DNA from: an uncultured Bacteroides sp.
Lineage (GTDB): Bacteria; Bacteroidota; Bacteroidia; Bacteroidales; Bacteroidaceae
DNA: 64,000 nucleotides
NCBI GenBank assembly: GCA_900556845.1
Contig: USQO01000002.1
Span: 342-64,341 of the forward strand
Reading direction: 5' to 3'
Shown: piece after piece, positions 61,498-64,000 of the stretch
Layout of the letters: each line of letters opens with the position of its first letter
How positions within the stretch are numbered: the first letter of the stretch is position 1
Notes under the pieces: model-generated
Seen by the model: only the letters and a program-made list of their open reading frames with translations
The model's database searches: none
Told to the model about the DNA's origin: nothing
Made by a program: the position numbers and the translations under genes

Positions 61498-61612
61498 GCA
61501 AAGATAGAAGATTCTTGATTACATCCGAATAAATCCATATCTACAGCCAGTTTACCGCAAATCGTTAATTATCAGATATTTATACAAACAAAAGTTCTTC
61601 ACCATATATACA
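61498..61612 (-). promoter_or_regulatory. P4: divergent version of the promoter module
   Basis: -7 TATCTTTG at 61499-61506; TGTAGATAT at 61537-61545; TGTATATAT at 61604-61612. Confidence 0.6.
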
Positions 61613-61622
61613 GACACGTTCT

Positions 61623-63506
61623 TTAGAACCTGTGGAGCCATAAATCGAGCGTTTCCTTCTCGGCAAAAATATCCGATTGATGTTGCAGAATACGCTTCTT
61701 CATCCGCGATTTCTGCTGCGATACGGAAGTAGAAGATACGGCAGTGAAAACAGCAATCTGCGATATGCTGAAGCCGAGTTTGATAAGTATGCAAAGCTGG
61801 ATATCCAGTTCCGTCAAGTTTGGGAAGGCAGCCGTAAGCCGGTCTGTAAACTTCGGATAAACCTCGTCTACCAGTACCGAGAGCCGGACAAAATCTTCCG
61901 GCTGCAGAAAGCGTGGAGTGCTACGCAGTGACGCTACCAGCGGATGAGCGGCAATCAATCGGCAGGCCAGCTCCTCTTCCCGGTCTTTCAACCGCAGCAT
62001 TTCGGTCGTAAGTTCCTGAACAGGCTGTGTCTTCAGCGGACTACTTTTCAATTTGTGCCAATGCGTTTCTATTTGCTGCTGCAGGTCACGATTGGCAAGC
62101 GTAAGCTTTCGGTTCTGCTCTTCCAGTTGCCCGATGAGCAAACGCTGTTCCTCCTGTTCGTCCGCCTTATGCAAAGAAAGCTGCATCTGCAATTCCAGAA
62201 TATGCTCGTTGTTTTGCGCAATCAGCACCTCATTGTCCTTCAACTGTTTGTTGTATTGCTGCAGTTCTTCGGAAAGGCGCCGTATGGTACGTTCTTTCTT
62301 CTTCAGATTCTGCTGGTAAATGATGATAAGCAGCAAAATCACTCCCAGCAACAAGGATACAACGACCGCAATGCGAAGCTCCATTTTCTGACGACTGATG
62401 ATGAGCTTGTAATTGCGCTGTTCCAACTGTGCCCGGGTTTCCTGTTGCCGGAGTGCCGTGTTATGCTTAGCCAGCAAGTCTTCCTGTATCGAATCACAAT
62501 AGCGGACAAACTTCAGTTTCTCAATCGGTTTCCCCATTCGTTCGTTCAGCACGGTGCGCATCTGGTTTACAGAACCTCTGCTGCCCAGCAGAATCCGACC
62601 CTTACTGTGCATCTGCATGGAATCTATCAGCCGTTCGGTCCAACGGATATAGTAGGAAGCCGAGTCGTTCATCTTCAAGTCCAGATAAATCAGTCCAAAA
62701 TTGACAGGAATCATAAACCGGGAGATAGAAGAAGGATACAGCCGGATAAGCCGGTGATACAACGCAAGGGATGCCTTGTACTGATGATCGAGCATCAGTG
62801 CCACTCCATAGTTATTCAAGATGTGGTATGCAAATGCCGTATCACCCGCCTCCATCGCCAGCTGGAAGCCCTTTTCGTGACAGGCCATATTCGAGGTATC
62901 GCCTCCCAGCTGCGACACAAGGGCAAGCGAATAGACCATCTGGTAATGTTCCTTGACCGGCAACTTGTGGGCTATACGGAGCATATCTTCAATCATCGCC
63001 TTGCATTCCATAAAACGGCTTTGCTTGTACAGCACTTCCAGTTTTTTGCGTTGCAGCACCAGCATGTTGGCGGTGTCTTTGCGTGCAATGGCCAGACTGA
63101 TTCCCCGGTCGAAGACAGCAATAGCCTCATCGTTTGCTTCCTTCCACCTCAGATACATGCCCTCCAGCAGATAAGTCTCCAGCTGAGCGGCTGTATCTCC
63201 CCGCTGCCGGTAATAGGCGACAGCCTGATACAGTTGCGAGTCTTCCAGCAACGACATTTCCTGCTTGTAGTGTGCCATAGCCCGGTTCCAGATAAGTTTC
63301 ATGCGCTCCGCTTCGGTGAGCGCTGTTTCGTCGGTAAGACTGTGCAGAAGCTGCAAAGCTGAATCAGGCTTCCCTTGCAACAGCAGGGAATCTGTTTGCC
63401 GCAGCAAGGAGGCTGCATGAGGCTGTTTCATGCAGGCACCCAGCAGCAACAACATTGCTAGCAGGCATCCGATTGGATTCAGTTTGTGCTTCATACGCTT
63501 GTCCAA
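61623..63506 (-). CDS. R4: membrane-anchored TPR / LuxR-like HTH regulator
   Basis: Lipobox LGAC, KPDSALQLL, TPR-like helices, TM, coiled coil, FPNLTELDIQLCILIKLGFS..QIA; start 63506 or 63494. Confidence 0.85.
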   Translation of the reverse strand: MDKRMKHKLNPIGCLLAMLLLLGACMKQPHAASLLRQTDSLLLQGKPDSALQLLHSLTDETALTEAERMKLIWNRAMAHYKQEMSLLEDSQLYQAVAYYRQRGDTAAQLETYLLEGMYLRWKEANDEAIAVFDRGISLAIARKDTANMLVLQRKKLEVLYKQSRFMECKAMIEDMLRIAHKLPVKEHYQMVYSLALVSQLGGDTSNMACHEKGFQLAMEAGDTAFAYHILNNYGVALMLDHQYKASLALYHRLIRLYPSSISRFMIPVNFGLIYLDLKMNDSASYYIRWTERLIDSMQMHSKGRILLGSRGSVNQMRTVLNERMGKPIEKLKFVRYCDSIQEDLLAKHNTALRQQETRAQLEQRNYKLIISRQKMELRIAVVVSLLLGVILLLIIIYQQNLKKKERTIRRLSEELQQYNKQLKDNEVLIAQNNEHILELQMQLSLHKADEQEEQRLLIGQLEEQNRKLTLANRDLQQQIETHWHKLKSSPLKTQPVQELTTEMLRLKDREEELACRLIAAHPLVASLRSTPRFLQPEDFVRLSVLVDEVYPKFTDRLTAAFPNLTELDIQLCILIKLGFSISQIAVFTAVSSTSVSQQKSRMKKRILQHQSDIFAEKETLDLWLHRF

Positions 63507-63512
63507 TTATAC

Positions 63513-64000
63513 TTACATACGGTTTTTCTGGCTGTCGCCGGCTCCGGTTCCTTTGTATTTACTCTTCACTGCATTGAATTTATACCGCACCGTCAGCGAT
63601 ACTCTTCTGAATTCGGTAATATAGTCCGTAGTGGTCTTTATACCGCTATATATGGTACAGTCATAGTCATCCGTTTCAAACAGGTTTGTTGCCTGAAGCT
63701 GGAAGCTCAGTCTTTCCTTGAAGAAACTTTTGTAAAGCCCCAGGGATACATTCCACGAATTGATTCCCATATAGATGTTCTGCATATGTCCCTTCGTATT
63801 GTAAGTAACATTTGCATCAAGCAGGAATCCGGCTGGCAGACTGAAATTGTTACGCCACACAAGGGTCACCCGGGGTTTGTCCAATGCCATCTCGCCATCC
63901 TTACCGTCAATACGGAACCACTGCTTATAGACCTGCGCCATGAACTGCGGGCTCCACCAGCCGATGGTAGGCGATAAGGTCACAGACGACACAATGTTGT
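63513..64000 (-). CDS. O4: outer-membrane beta-barrel, 3' part only
   Basis: LSPTIGWWSP, NNFSLPAGF, VRYKFN..KSKYKGTGAGDSQKNRM; continues past the window end. Confidence 0.85.
   Translation of the reverse strand, partial: NIVSSVTLSPTIGWWSPQFMAQVYKQWFRIDGKDGEMALDKPRVTLVWRNNFSLPAGFLLDANVTYNTKGHMQNIYMGINSWNVSLGLYKSFFKERLSFQLQATNLFETDDYDCTIYSGIKTTTDYITEFRRVSLTVRYKFNAVKSKYKGTGAGDSQKNRM

Noticed and set aside
61944..63362. 472-aa ORF on the plus strand
   Set aside because: Antisense shadow of R4. The long antisense ORFs over secA, valS and PFOR were rejected for the same reason.
40991..64000. Polysaccharide utilisation locus or RiPP biosynthetic cluster
   Set aside because: No SusC/SusD pair, glycosidase, radical SAM enzyme, peptidase-ABC transporter or convincing precursor ORF here; such genes could lie beyond 64000.
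1..64000. CRISPR array, tRNA, rRNA or IS elements
   Set aside because: No regularly spaced repeats, cloverleaf signatures or transposase ORFs recognised by eye.

Overview
Bacteroidales chromosomal window, probably Bacteroidaceae (TAnnTTTG -7 promoters, typical gene order). Positions 1-40.8 kb are mostly housekeeping: mazG, valS, a GH3 glycosidase, secA, an lnb-like acyltransferase, the coaX-OMP-TPR-lptC-CBS-PPIase envelope cluster, PFOR, yfcE, an ECF sigma pair and a MutS-like ATPase. A small AT-rich XRE/two-component island sits at 0.9-4.8 kb. From about 41 kb to the window end lies a recombining array of membrane-anchored one-component regulators (lipobox, TPR-like sensor, TM helix, coiled coil, LuxR-like HTH; called R0-R4 here) paired with outer-membrane beta-barrels ending in KYKGxGAGxSxKxR[LM] (O0-O4). 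They are joined by a conserved promoter module: a -7 box, two TGTAGAG direct repeats 79 bp apart, and between them an 18-bp stem whose only non-Watson-Crick pairs are G-U on the sense strand. R1 and R3 are about 90% identical except for one AT-rich 132-aa sensor segment (about 58%). The array also holds deletion scars, an orphaned promoter, enzyme genes captured behind a barrel promoter, and two AAA/PD-(D/E)XK genes. No rRNA, tRNA, CRISPR array, transposase, integrase or reverse transcriptase was recognised. Identities are hand counts and family names come from motif recognition, not database searches.
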